A stretch of 64,000 nt of DNA from Thalia democratica. Its lineage: Eukaryota. The stretch is from the NCBI GenBank assembly GCA_965202585.1, contig OZ241826.1, positions 15,562,001 to 15,626,000 of the forward strand. Direction: 5' to 3'. The translations under genes and the position numbers were made by a program. Under the pieces are notes generated by a model. The model ran no database searches. It was not told the DNA's origin and saw nothing but the letters and a program-made list of their open reading frames with translations. The first letter of the stretch is position 1, and every line of letters starts with the position of its first letter. This document shows positions 37,101-52,100 of the stretch, piece after piece.

Positions 37101-40100
37101 CGGTCGAAAGATTTCGCTGAAAGTTGAAGCGAGGTTAAGTGAAAAGAGAGTCGAAATTTTCAACGAGTAAAATTTTTATCACGTAGCCACATCTTTTTAT
37201 TGTCGAGCAAACATCTTGCTAGCTGTTGCCTCGCTTTATTCATTTCACAGAACTTTCTTGCTTCTTTTTCAAAAAAATGGATTCTTTTCATCGAGGTTTT
37301 ACGGATGGTGGAAATATAAATTTCTGATTTGGTCAAGACTCGATAAATTGTTTTAAAAGGTGTGGAGAAAGTTACAAAATATTATGCAGAAAATGTTATG
37401 TATAACTTTGAACATCCCATTGCAAAAGGTTGAGGCTACTAAATGAATTAGAACTACTTCCCTTATAACGATTTGATGTAATTGTATTAATTGTGACAAG
37501 CATTCGACGTCTTATACGCGATTTGTAATCACATTCAGTCATGCTGTTCAATAAGTAAAATTTAAACCTACACGACCTATAAACAAATAAGTAAAAGTAT
37601 ACTTTTTATTAAAAACATTGCAAAAATATGTTCTCACAACAATTTATCCTTCTCTAGTTCAATTAAAATTTGTTTAACTTAGTATGTCTCTTAACTAGAT
37701 TTTAATATTTACAAAATTTCGTATCTTAACAAAGCAGATAATTAATTTTTACTTTTTTTGACAAGTTGTCAATTTAAAACATTGCTCAAACTTACAACAC
37801 AATGAATAACTGTTTTTTATTTGCTAAAATTACAAAATATTACATCAGTTTAACTAAGTTGATATTTCAGCGAATAAGCACACTTACTGAAATATGCTGA
37901 TTTTACATTTTACATTGCTAGAATATTGCAAAACATTTGAATTTGAATTATCTATTGAATAATTGGAAATAAGATATTACTTGTATTAATACAGGAAGTA
38001 TTCGAGGAACTAACAATATATCTTTTTTGTATGAGAAAATTGCTATACACTTCCTCATAAAATTTTAAATTATACTAAAATCACAAACAGAAAACTTTTT
38101 AGTGAGTTTTGTCGTCTTGTTCATGTAATTGTAGCAATTTAATTGTTCAACTTTGATTTTTTTTTAAGTTTCACTTTAAGCTCATATCAATTCAAACTAA
38201 TGAATGTATTTTTACTTATAAATCTATTTTTTATGTAAGTTTAATCCGATGTGAACAATTTAGAAAGATGTGCAAAATTTACAGCGTGCAAAGTTTGACA
38301 AACTACATCAAAACCAGAAGCTTTCAAATTAAAAAAAAATTCTCAGAAAATGACAAAATAACTTGGTTCGAGGCAATATATCAACACATGTATGACAGAT
38401 ATATTAATATAATTAAAAACTGTTCACATCAAATATAACATCAAACTTCATATAAGAAACACCCACACAAATACAAACAGCTTCAAACGCATGAAGTGAA
38501 AATTTTTTATATTAGTGAAAAGAGCGGCAACTTTATGTTCAATGTTGGCCGCCCAACACAGCGTATAATGTATATGAAAATGTTACGCAACTTCTATGTA
38601 CGTGACTTGCATCTCGTGTTGCTCACACGCGACAACTAGCGGTTAGAAATTTTAAGACATTAATTGAAGTTTAAATTTCATTGTGGTTTGTTCTAGAAGC
38701 TACGACTAGCGGTTAGTATAATTTTATTAAAAAATATTCAATTTTGATTTTTCTGTTAAATTTGCTGTAACATTTTTTAAAGTTTTTAATTTAGACTAGA
38801 CATCAAAAAATCTCATTTATACCACAAAGTACTTTTGATTCGAAAGAGTAACCTAAAAATAAAACTTAAGTAATACTTATACAAACCTTAATCTTTCAGG
38901 GGTATCCAAACTGAGATCATCCCATTTCATAGAATCGGATAATATTTCGCAGAGGCACCTCGATAACCGTCTGCTTTCCCTCGATTGTGCGTACAACTGA
39001 GTCTGGTTATTTTCCTGGCGATTTCTGTGTTAAAAATAAAAAATATAATTTAATTGCCACGAAATCAGAGCGTGGCTAGTGTTTCTGAAGAACATTTAGA
39101 TTACACATCTAGTAATTATTATCATATTCATACATGTACTACTGTATTGTAGTGTCTCATTTTAATTATTGTAAAGGTCTGCATTGTAATAGTGTCCAAC
39201 ATGGTTCCAACATCTTAACATCTTTAAAAAGGATAACAGGCTTATTTAGTTCTTTGATTCTTTTTAATTAAATTGAGCTTTACCTTTTATTTTTCCAACC
39301 AAAAATATTAATATTTCAGAAAAGTTATTTCATAATACATGAAAAACTAACCCACATAGGTTTAATATTATTTGAATAACTTTAGCAGACTGAATTAATC
39401 CAAGCAAACAAACCTGGACAAGCTGTTGATGGTGTTGTTTTTCGGTTGCTTCTGGGCCACACCGTGTTTAACCAACAACCCGAGGAACTCAGATATGGAT
39501 CTGACTATTTTGCTGGTCAATAACAAAACTGGTTTCAGTTTCCTTATGCGCACAGACAGCAGTGGTCCTAACAAGTTCTGTTGGTGTGATAAAATATTTA
39601 AACTTATTTTGTTAACATGCAAGTTTTTAAATGGACATATCATGTGGTGAACGCGTGAGAAAAGTTTAGTTTGCAGCTTTTACACGACACCAGATCACAA
39701 GTTTTACAAGAATTAGACCTTTTGTAGAGAAATTAAAATTTCTATAGAATTAGAAGTATTTATAAAAGAGTTTATTGTCATCATTTTTCGTGACCTTGAG
39801 GATTTTAAACTTATTTTTAACTTTAACCAATCAACAAACCTTGAGCTTTTTGGTGGCACGGTTCTCGTTCAACGCGATGTTGATGTCTGTCACAATATCC
39901 TCCTGCAGGTTTTCAAACCTGACATGCTCAATAAGATCGTCTTGCATCAATTCCACCAAGTTCCTTACATCTGCAAGAACATATAATGAATTATTAACCA
40001 TTTATTTTGATGTCAGTGCGTTGTTTCAAATCATACTGTTACTAAAGGATCTCAAAAGTTGAAGGATAAAGTTTGATTCAAAGATTTACTGAAAGCAATT

Positions 40101-43100
40101 ATATCATTTCTTAAACTCTTCGAACGCACAAAATCAATTAATAAATTTGATATTTTGAAAGATGTTTTTCTCGTTTAAATTATTGTCACAAACAACAAAA
40201 CATACCTTGTCCATAAAAAATTATTGTCCTTTTAACTATATTATTTACCGAAGTGATAGGTCTAGTAGGGGTGGAGGTGTTGCTATCCTTTTCAAAAATT
40301 CGCTTAAAGTTATTAAAGTTAAAAACGATTCTATCTCTACTAGCAACATCAATTTTGAATACCTATGTGTAGATGTAATTTTTAAAAAGATGAAATTAAG
40401 ATTTTGTTGTGTCTACCTTCCTCCACTGTCTGCTAGATGCGCACTGACTGTTCAAAATGTAATCAAAATGATTAAAATGGTTTTAAGAGTGTTCTTTTTA
40501 TGTTCTTGGTGATTTTAATATGCCAAATATAGATTGGAGGATTCCTAGCACAGATTTCAATAAACCCCATGAATGTTTTCTTAATTTTTGTACAGACAAT
40601 TTTTTAACCCAAGTAATTGAAAATCCAACCCATAAGAATGGTAACATTCTTGATCTCATAATTTGCAATCATTTTGGTCTAGATAGAATCATATCACACT
40701 CAACTAATTTTCCATTAACAAACACTTGTGACCATAACTTGCTTTCACTAAAAATTAAAATTGAAAATAAAGTAGTACCTATTGCTAAAAAAGTCTCATA
40801 TGACTATAAAAAAGCAGATTTTAAAAGCATCAATGATTTCCTGTCAAAAATTAATTGGACCTCTTTATTTAAAAATTCAGAAAATCTCCAGCATTTCTAC
40901 GATCAATTCATCAGCTCAATCCAAATCTCAATCAAACGTTTTGTTCCAATTTTTTCTAAAAATAACAAAAGTAAAAAATATCCATCTCATATTAAAAAGT
41001 TATTAAAAGAAAAAGCGAATCTATACAAAAAAAGTAAGACAAATAAATCACTTTTGATAAAATACAAAAACAAGTCTAAAGAATATCAATTAGCTGTTAA
41101 AAAATACAACTTTGAATATGAAAACAAATTCTGCAAAAACCCAAATTTAAAAAAGTTTTATAGCTACGTGAAATCTAAACTTAAGTTAAATAATTCCATA
41201 CATCTCTTATATGATAATGATAAAAACAAAACAGTAACCTCAGATTTTGAAATAGCAACACTTTTCAACATAAATTTTCAAAAAGTTTTTAAAAAAGACG
41301 AGAGTTACCAGTCTTTTAAGCTACCCCAAAAGAATTGTAATAAGATGCAAAATTTTTTCATAACCTATGAAGACATTATAAGTTCAATTAACCACTTAAA
41401 AGATAAAATCATAAGAACGCCAGAAAACATTCCACCCTATTATATCAAGCATGTTATCCAATCAATAATATTTCCACTTTCATTAATATTTAATTGCTCT
41501 CTAGAACTATCTGATGTTCCTAAACAATGGAAAACATCTTTTATTATTCCTGTGCACAAGAAAGGTAATATACACGATGCATTAAATTACAGACCAATAT
41601 CTCTAACAAGTGGCTTTTCAAGAATTTATGAACATATTGTATCTGTAAAAATTCTCAATCACCTCTTTGATAACAAATTATTAACTAACAAACAGTTTGG
41701 TTTTGTTCCAAACCGCTCATCAACCATTCAACTGTTAACATGCTTACATTCTTGGTTAGTTCCTTATCTCAAAAATGAATTTACTAAAGTAGTTTATACG
41801 GATATTCAAAAAGCCTTTGATTCAGTATCACACAAAAGATTATTAAAAATTTTGAATCAGTATGGGCTACATGAAAGCTTAATTGATTGGTTTGATAACT
41901 TTTTAAATAATAGATCACAAAGAGTACTCATCAATAATACGCTTTCTGACTCTTTAACAATCTACAGTGGAGTACCACAAGGTGGAGTAGTTGGTCCCCT
42001 TCTCTTTTTAATTTATATTAATGATATTTGTTCAAACATTGATATTAAAAGTGAGTTAAGCTTATTTGCAGATGATGCCAAAATCTTTAGTCAGTCAAAT
42101 ACTTCATTACAACTATCATTAGATAATATTTACTTATGGTTAAAAACAAGAAAACTAAACTTAAATCCTAGCAAATGTAAAATTCTAACCATTAACAAAA
42201 AAGAATCTTCTCCAACTGACCTCTTAATCAATAACATCAAGTTACCAGAAATTAAAGTTTTTAAAGATTTAGGAATTTATAATTCCAAAGATTTGAAATG
42301 GAATGAACATATCAACTATTTATATAAGATTGCAAAAACTACATGTTATCAAATATTGAAAAGTTTTAAAACTAATTCTGCTTCAATTCTGACAAAACTA
42401 TTTAAAACATACGTTCGCCCTAAACTTGAGTTTAGTACCCAAATTTGGTCACCCCATTTAAAAAAGGATATTAACAAAATTGAATCTGTGCAAAGGAGTT
42501 TTACCCGTCATATTTGTAATCGTTGCAACATATCTTACACGTCATATAATGATAGAATGATTAAATTTGGATTGAAATCACTGGAATATAGAAGATGGGA
42601 ATTTGATTTATTAATTCTTTACAAAATTATCAATGGCAAATATAAAAGTTTTTTTAACCAGTTTTTTAATTTTTCCCAAAATAAATATCAACTAAGAGGA
42701 AATAATTTGAAAATAAAATGTAAACATGATTTTCAAAACAGTCAGTGGCAAGGCGCATTTTTTCACAGAGCAAAAGCTATGTGGAACAGACTACCTCAGG
42801 ATATAGTATCTTGTGAGAGGGTAGAACAATTTCGTTTAAAGCTAAAAAGATTTGACTTAAATACGATAAATACCAGTAAAATTAACTAATTTTCCACTGT
42901 AACAAAAAGAAAAATATTCGGTTCCCTACGCCTCCCCCCTACAAACTATTAGTTTACTTATATATTTTGTAGTTATGAATATTGTTTTATAAGCCATGAT
43001 TTTAGACAAACTTCTTTACTGTGTGTACTAAGTAATATATAAATTTGAATTTTTTGAACTGAATTTTCAATTTAGTTCATTTGTTTATCATATTGTGTTT

Positions 43101-46100
43101 AACTTTGTGTTTCCATTTAAATTATGTTTGTTTATATATATATGTATAATTTATCTTAAAGTTTTGAATATAAGTTTATTTTCTTTTTCTCTTTTTGTGT
43201 GTCCTGTTTAAGTGGCTCAGGTTTTGATGCCTGAGTCCAACATTGCACAATAAACAATATAATAATAATAATAATACCGAAATCGTTATCTTCGGGGTTG
43301 AAATTGGGTGCGCACATGTTTAACAACATCGTGCTTTCCCATATCAGTCCTCTGTACAACGAGCTCATCGCCTTCAGATTCTGTTAACCATATTTGAATT
43401 GTTAGTGTATGAGTTTTTGAGAATTTTGATACCTAATAGGGTATGCTGTAGACTTAGAGCAAGTTAAAAATAATCAAATAGAGGCAATTTAACTTATAGT
43501 TCTAACCTCGATGCCTTTCTCAGTCGACCATCTCTTGACAAGGAATTTTCTTAAGTCGTTCTGTAGTAAAATTATTAGTATTAGTTAATTCAAGAAGTTG
43601 TAAGACCAACAAAATTAACAGATAATAAATAAAACTTTAAGACTTATTATTTTTACCATAAGTCATTTTGTATAAAATATTCATTAAAACTAACATGCGT
43701 AAGGGTTTTATTACAAAGAACTTTTTTAAGATTCAACTAACATTATTATTATTTTTATTAATCAGTATTCAGCATAAAAATGTGTTACCAAGATAACGGA
43801 TTTATCAATCTAAAACTACAGAAGTAGGAACATAGTACTAAAAAGTTTGTTTTTACTTTTATACTCAACTAACACTGTCGTTGTTCCTGTTGTTTCTGTT
43901 GGCCTGGTTGGCGTTCTTGGCGAAGCTGAGGAACATGGATATGTACGAGTGGAAGTGAACGAGGTGCTGCACTAAAGGCGTGTTCGTGTCGCTTGGTGGC
44001 ACCGGAGAGTTGCGCTGGTCACGCATCAGCACGCACGTGGGTCGCTGAGATCTGTTTGAGGTTTGTACAATTTTACAATCTGAACCTTTACAAAATTGGG
44101 CGATATCTCCCCAAAATCACACTTTTAGCTTGCAGAATAAGTTCAGCTACAAATATAGTATCTATTTTGTTAATCTAGTTTTTGAGACTTTTTAAGTACA
44201 TAAGAGTCGTTGTGATCTGGTAAGGGACCATGGATATAAAAACTTAACTGACAATTAATTTTGAAATGAATTTCTATTGGACGTTACAATAGAATTTACA
44301 TTTTGATTATTTTTTACAAAAGACACACAAAATATTAACTAACCCATCGGGGGTGTTTTTGTGAAGCTGTAGGACCTGCAACTTGTCCATTATTTTCTCC
44401 AACCTGTTCATACTCAACATGTTTGTGTTTTCTGAGGAGTTTTGTTGCCTCTGCTGGAACTGGTAACTCTGTTTGATTATATTGATTAGGTATTAACATT
44501 GTGGCATACCAAAAACTAATCAAATAATATCTATGTTTAAGTTTTCAATCTGACTGGCAACTAAATACTTAAAAAAATATTTTGAAATTGTTGCATAAAT
44601 ATTTTTGTATGGTACTTTACACAGCTCTTCTGAGTCACCTAGCGGATATATTTTATATTATTTATACAACACAATGCAATTATAAATTAATATTTGAAAC
44701 TATTAATTTAGTTATTTCAATAAGGCACTTTTACAGTCAACCTTTTACATTACAACCTAAAAATTGAAACAATTTGTAGTCAAACCAAAAGAACAGTTGT
44801 ACTTAAAATTGCATATAAACCTTGACTAACGTAACACAAAATTGTATTACAAAAAAACGAATACATTTTGAGATAATCAAAACAAACAAAACTTACCAAG
44901 CAGTTGAGAGCGAGGTTAATGATGGAGTTGCAAGCGAACGTTGTGGCGAAATCGAGAGGCAAGGAATCCAACTCAAGCAAATCCAATAACGCCTCGACAC
45001 CCCCAAAACTTATGAACTGTTTGATTTCTGTCGGCTGTGATGCAAGCGAGTTTGACATAATCGCGTTCACGAACTTGGTCTGTTGAGAAAATTGAACAGT
45101 TTGTAATAGTAGCTCTTTTTCCATAGTAAAAATTTAAACAAGTCTTTTGAAAACTCAAATATTTGTTCATACAAACTTTACATTTCTACACAAACTCCGT
45201 CTGTTTAGAGTAAGTATTAGTTTCACTGATTATTAAATAATAATGCTATTTCGTTAAATCGACTTGATAACAATTAACTTTTTTTTTTTCAAGAAAAAGG
45301 ACATAAACTTCAAGCTCCAGGGAAATGTACATTTGTTTATAAAAAATAAATTGTCGAACATTAAACTCATGCTAGTAATTGACTGTCTATGATATTAAAT
45401 ATGATAGGTAATGTTTTGGGTTTAAATCTTAAAATTTACAGATGATTTAGAAGGTTGTATAAGTGTTAGAATAAAGCTTACCTAACTATAAAAGATAGTA
45501 TACACGTAAAACAATAGGCTTTGATATCTTATTCAATGAACGAAATTATACGGATAATTAAAACTGTCAAAAATATGTCACAACAAATTAAACTTTTGAC
45601 TCAGGAATCCTGTTTCGTATTAAAAATTATATGCTTTAATTTGTTTGAAGAAAACTATAAAAACTGCGACGACTTTTCAATCAATTCAAGAAAAAATATA
45701 TTTCAGCTTAAATAAAAAATTCTTTATCAGAGGCATATAAAACTATTCACTTAAGAATACGAATACATATATTATTAGTAATACAAGCAAAAACAAAACT
45801 CTTGATTGGCTAATAGTTCTATGCATAATACATGTGTTGTTGTATACTAATGTTTCAGCAATAAATTAAAGTTATTAAAAAGTTTATATATATATTGTTA
45901 CCAACCACGTTAGTCATGTAATCCAACAATGGAACTTGATTCTTCACGTTATATTAACAATTATTTACCTATCTACTTATAACACTTCACACCATACTAG
46001 TTATTGTTTATTTATATTTATTTATATTTAGTTTGTTTATTTAATTATTTTCTCACCACATTGGTCATGTAATCCAACAGCGGAACTTGCTTCTTCACAT

Positions 46101-49100
46101 TACTACTAGTGGATACATTGGAGCTACTGGCGAGCACGGACGTCTGCGAGGCTCCTGTTGAACTCGGCGGCTCCACCTGCTGGTGGCCCTCCAAAATCCT
46201 CAGGCTGTTGTCCTCTTCCGTCACCACGCGGATGTCCTCCTCCTCGCTTTGCTCTGTGTGACGTCATAATACGATCAACTTGATTTTTGTTTTATGTTGG
46301 AAAAAAAGTTATCTTGAAGCTAATTAATTTAACTTTACGAATTTTAAATATTTATTTAAAGGTATTTCTAATTTTTTGTTAAACAAAATTTTATTGTGTT
46401 CAAATGTTAACTGAATTTAATCTTTTGTGTTGGGAAAAAAGCTGTTTATTATTTTATTTAATTTTTTGCTATAAGGCACGTGAACAAATCATCATATGTT
46501 AGTAGACAGTCGCAATTAAAAATAAATTATTGTAATTTGATATATTAATTGTTTTGCTTGTTTTTAATTTATTGTTTTTTTAATCCAATTTTACCAAACT
46601 TAAAAAAAAAAACAAACAAAACTGCATAGTAAATTTTAATGTTTTAGATCTCATGTTTTAGGTCTTCTGTTTTGTTTTTTTTTCTCTTATAATTCTCCTT
46701 TACCACCAAGTATTCAATATATTTATATGCAAATTTAACATAGCTTGCATTCTATGTATGCAAACAAAGTTTGTTGTTATAAAACATTGAATAAAATTTT
46801 CAACTCCTTTTTATCTGAAAATTGTCGTATACAAAACGCTTATACACTCATTTAGAAGAGTTACTAAAAGTTTAAATATTTCAGTAACATCATCTTATAC
46901 TGCAGACATTTTCCAAAATAAAAAATGGTCAAATACTTTTTTTTCAAGGAAGTTTGTTGACACAAATCATTACATTTTTACGACCTTACAAAGGTTATCA
47001 AGCCATAACAAAATTGGATTTTATTTTATTTCAACCACAAATGAGTAATTCAAGTTCTTTATAACAATTTTATTCATCTACAAACAAAAACGTTGTTTGC
47101 AGAAAACTTTTAAGTTTAATTGCTTTATATAATTAATAAGTTCAAGGTAAGTTTAAATGTGATTGATTTTTCCTTAATTTAATTCTTGTTTTTATACTTA
47201 CTGGCTGCTTAATTATTAGTGATTGTATTGCACCATCAAAATTTGAATTAAATTATTAGAAATTACATAGCATTATTTTGGTTTTCTACTTGTTACTGTT
47301 TTAAAATTTCAAATTATTCAGTTTTAAAATTCTAAACATGGTATTTCTTTTCTATGAAATGTTTGGAAACTTGTATTTCGTAACAAAATGTTATTTTTTT
47401 CTGAGAATAAGTTTTATTTTTTAAATATACAAAACAAAGATCTTTACGGCACAAAGCTAAACAAATTCACATACACGCTGTTGTTTCACAAAGACTGCAA
47501 TTAATTCAATCAAAAATCGATAAACTTATAAACATCTACGCACATGTTTCTAACCTTTTATTTTTCATTAACTTGCTTGATATACCTTGTTTTGAAAAAA
47601 TATCAAGTTTAGAACATTATGTAAAATAAAACTTGTTTCTTTTTCAGTTCTCTGAACATAAGTTATTTTATATAAAACAATAAAAAGTGTTTTAAATTAG
47701 TTTTTCTTTATAATCAAATTTGTATTTTTCCATTTGTGTTAAATTATATCTACCAATATATTTATAACTTCTATAAATTAAATTTACTCTGACTTTTATG
47801 ATTAAAAACCTATGAACTTTTATTGGCAACTGAAAACTAAAGGATGCTGTATTGCTTTTAAGTATTGTAAAATGTATCGCCCAACTTAAGTTAATATTAT
47901 AATTATATACTTTCTTAAAATTTATTTGGCACCTTTGATGTATTTTATTACAAGCATTCAGCTTTTTGTTACTTTTCAAAGATAGTTTATAATTACCTTT
48001 TGTTAATTTATACTATAAATGTTTTGAGCTAGTTTACTTATTTATAAAAACTTTTTATAAATTTTCAAACAAACCATCTTCCTGATTTTCCTCGATGATG
48101 ATCCTGTTAATTTCGATGACCCGCGGGGGTCTCTCCTCCCCTGACAACCCGACCGGTTGCCTGGCAACGTTGATGACCGAAGTGTCGACCCTCGTATCTA
48201 CCGACTTCCCGCTTGACCTGCGAAGTTTTACAAACATGTGCGTTAGTATTTACTAAATAGCAAAAGAGTTGTTTTCAATTAAATCAACTAACAAACGAAT
48301 GATTTTTATTTAGATGATCAAACAACTACTCACTGTTTATTAACTAACAGTTTTAATAATTAATATTAGAGTAGAACTTATATTTGATGTGTAAATTTTA
48401 CCGAAAAACATTTATGTCTACTTCTCATATACATCATTTTCAAAATAGTACAGTGAAGTATTATTTTTTAAATAAAAGATTAGAGGCTCCTTAAGAAGTG
48501 ATATGAAGTTTTGATACAGACAAAAATAGGAATACCATCAATTTACAAATTCAGAATAAATCAAACATACTTGCAACAAAAATTGAAACAACAAAACAAA
48601 CTTGCAGTAAACATTTATATAAAAATTATATTTATATTATTTTTATTGTTTATATTATTTATAAAACACTACAATTAATATAATTTTTCAAACTTACTTG
48701 CAACAAACAGTGCTGGGGTCGTTGCCCAGCTGCTTCAGTTTCCTTAGCAACTCAATTAGCGCCTTCAGTGTTGGAACCCTCAATTTTTCCTGGTTCCGCA
48801 TCAAATCGTCCATCGCGTTTCCCAACGTTTGCGCTGTGTCGCCTGCGTAGTAACTTCGATTAGTTGCGTATGTTTTAATATTACCATAAGATTAAGCAAT
48901 TACATTTTTATCAGTATCAACGAAAAATATTTGTATCTATTTTAAGTGGATTTTTTTCTTCGAAGACTAAAAATCATCAATAATTAATAATGCTTATCAG
49001 TTTTCACAAAATATAGCCTAATTGTTTTCAAAGCGCTTTTAAGGTTAAGAATAAAATGCTCTTAAAACTAAATTAGGTACTTTTTAACTAAAATTCTTTT

Positions 49101-52100
49101 TTATTAAACAAAACAAACCGATGGGTTCAGCGTTTCTCCTTCTGCGCATGGCGGGTAGGTATTCAGGAGTAAGTAGGACGTTGAACAACTTCTCAAACGG
49201 GTCACAATTTAGGAAGGTTTCCAGCCCGGTTGAGTTCAAACACAAGGCACTGTTGAATGTTTTGACAATTAATAAATAATCAGGTATATTTTATATAAAA
49301 ATTAAAAAACTATTTATTACTTTACAGCAAACTAATTATTGAAACGCTTAAGAAACAAACTATTGATAATTGTTTATTTCATTTACACTAGTTTACTGAT
49401 TATTTTATTGATAATATTGTGAATTATTACTTGTTTATTCAGCAATAGAATTTTTAATTTTATTAGTTATATTGTTAATCAGTTTTTCAGTTAATTTTTA
49501 TCTCAAGGCTCTTAATAACTAAAAGGTTAAATTTGTGGCACCAAGTCAGTTTTACAAGTAGATTGTTATAATTTGTTTTCATCTTATTTAAACAATTAGA
49601 AATTTTATTTAAAATGATAGTTTTATTTTAAAGTTAATTCAGTTGCATAGTTTGTTTGGATATACTCCAACTTAAATTGTTTCATTTAATTCAATTATTT
49701 TGATGTTATAACATAAACAATTCAAATAAAAAAATTGTTATAAAACCACTTTTCATTTTGCAAAACAGATGTTTCTATTTTAATACTGTAGGTGCAATTT
49801 TTAATAACAGCATTCAATTGACAATTTACTGCAAGGTTCAATGACTTATCAAGTCAGGTGTAACAATTTAACAATGGATTGTTTATTTCATTCGCAATAA
49901 TTATTTAATTTTGATATACGTTTGAATTATACGTATAAGTTACGAAATATTGAACAAAGTTTTAGAAATAATTCAGTGTAATTAGACACAGCTAATGAAA
50001 ACAAGATTTGATAACAAACTAATTAAGCAAAACATGTTTACCAAATATGTAAGAACATAAAAGCTAATTAGATAAATGAGCTCAGCTTAGCGGATTAAGT
50101 TTATTTATAGATATCAAAATTTCTGATAATATTTTAGTTCGTAGAAAATCAAACAATTTATCAAAATTTTTAAACGACTAACTTTTTGTGGTTATATATT
50201 TTATTACTTAGAATTTTAATACAAATATAATTGTAAACAATGCTTTAATTTTAAAAATAATAGCTTGTATAATATTATTATTACCTGTAAAAGCATTAAA
50301 CCTAAAATCCACTTTAACTTTAAGTTTTTTTTTTGGTACTCTTTAAGTTTTTTTTAAATACTTTTTACTCACTCCAGTACATTATGCAATAAACACTCAA
50401 ACACCAGGTTTATGTTTCAGTTTAGCTTAAATAAATACATAAGTTTAAATAATTTTATTACACTTATATTTTTGAACCCACTTTAGTACATTAACGAATA
50501 TACAAACACTAGGTTTATGTTTTTGTTTAATGTAAGAAAATTTTAAATTTTAATTAATTTTATTATGTTAGGACTTACCTGTTAGACACATTAGGCAGTA
50601 TTATTATTTTATATTTAATATATTTTAATCACTTGAGTACATTATTCAGTTAACATACAAACACAAGATTTATGTTTAACTTTAAGTAAAATATATCTAA
50701 ATTTTTTATTATTTTATGATTTTGTAACATTTATTTTTAAACCAACCTGAGCACATTAGGCAGTGAAGCGAGCACTTCTCGGGTGGCCGGGGGATTTTTC
50801 ACCAACAACGAGTGCATTATGACGTCAGTGAGCTTTTTCTCCTGCAAGTACCTAAGCAAGGATGGTTCCTGGTACACGTAGTGAGTCACTACCTCCATCG
50901 CTGTGGATGGAAAAGATAAATTATTTTCTTTACAAGAACAATACTGATTATTTTACCAAAATTTAAAACGCTTACAAAATAAAGCAAAGCTTTAAAACAT
51001 TAGAATAAATATTTTTACTGACTACAGCAGTAGTTATTTTTAGTTACTAAAACACTTCCGAGTTATGCCTACCAGTCCTAAAATATTTCTTAGTCTTACG
51101 ATAGTAAGCATTTTAACCAATCTAGAAAAACAGTCTTATAGTTTTGTAACCATTAAAATCCCAAAATTTCAAGTATTTTTTTCGCTCTCAAATCAATCTA
51201 CGTTTAAATAACAAAAACAAACCGAGCAAGAAGAGCGGACTCCCGTAGAACTCTGCGTTGCCAATGATGTGCTTCAGTGATTCGGGCAGCGATCCCTGCA
51301 TCATGTTTCGCACCGTGTCGGTTACGGACTGGTTGTTCGAATCCATGATGGCTTTCTTCAGGAAGTTCAGAACCGATTTGAACAGGGCCTGGCGCTGCGG
51401 GAAGCATTGCACTCCTGTGTGGTAGTAGTTATTTTAGTTATTAATTTTTATTTTCGATTTAAAAGTTAAATTTTAAAACATTGTAGATATTGAATACTTA
51501 TTATTTTAATACGAAATCAAGAAACTATATTGAATTTAAATCTTATCAATATAAACTCAAAGAAGCTAAAATATGTTTTAAGATTGTTTAGGTGTTTAGG
51601 ACATGTATACAAGTGTCAAGTGGACTATTAAACATTCAAATGTAAAAAAAAATAAGTGAAAATTTCCATATCCTAAAGATGCTTAATTTCAGAAAACCAA
51701 AATCTTAAATTGCAATCTTAAGAGGAAAATACTTTTAGTCAGTACTTTTGTGCCTGGTGTTGCGAGAAGCATTGGACTCTTGGACTCCTGTGTGGTAGTG
51801 GATTGGTTTATTTTTTAAAATGGTCGCTTTGTAGTTTTTAATTTTTGCTGGCAACACATCAAACGATTAAATTTATATTTAACTAACGAGATTGTTTGTT
51901 TGGTATAAATGAAAAAATTTATTCATATCCAGTTGTTCAAAATAAATTTAATATGTGGAACAAAACATATATAATATATGATTGTTTTTATATTTTCATG
52001 TTATCCCAAAACTATCTACCAGGATTATAATTGTTCGAATCAACGTCCATACTTTCAGCGGATTGAATTAAATTTGAAAAAAATATAAATAAACAATTTA

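Noticed and set aside
38897-38912. hAT-like TIR CAGGGGTATCCAAACT
   Set aside because: It lies inside coding exon 25 (SLDTPE) and has no partner, so it is likely chance.
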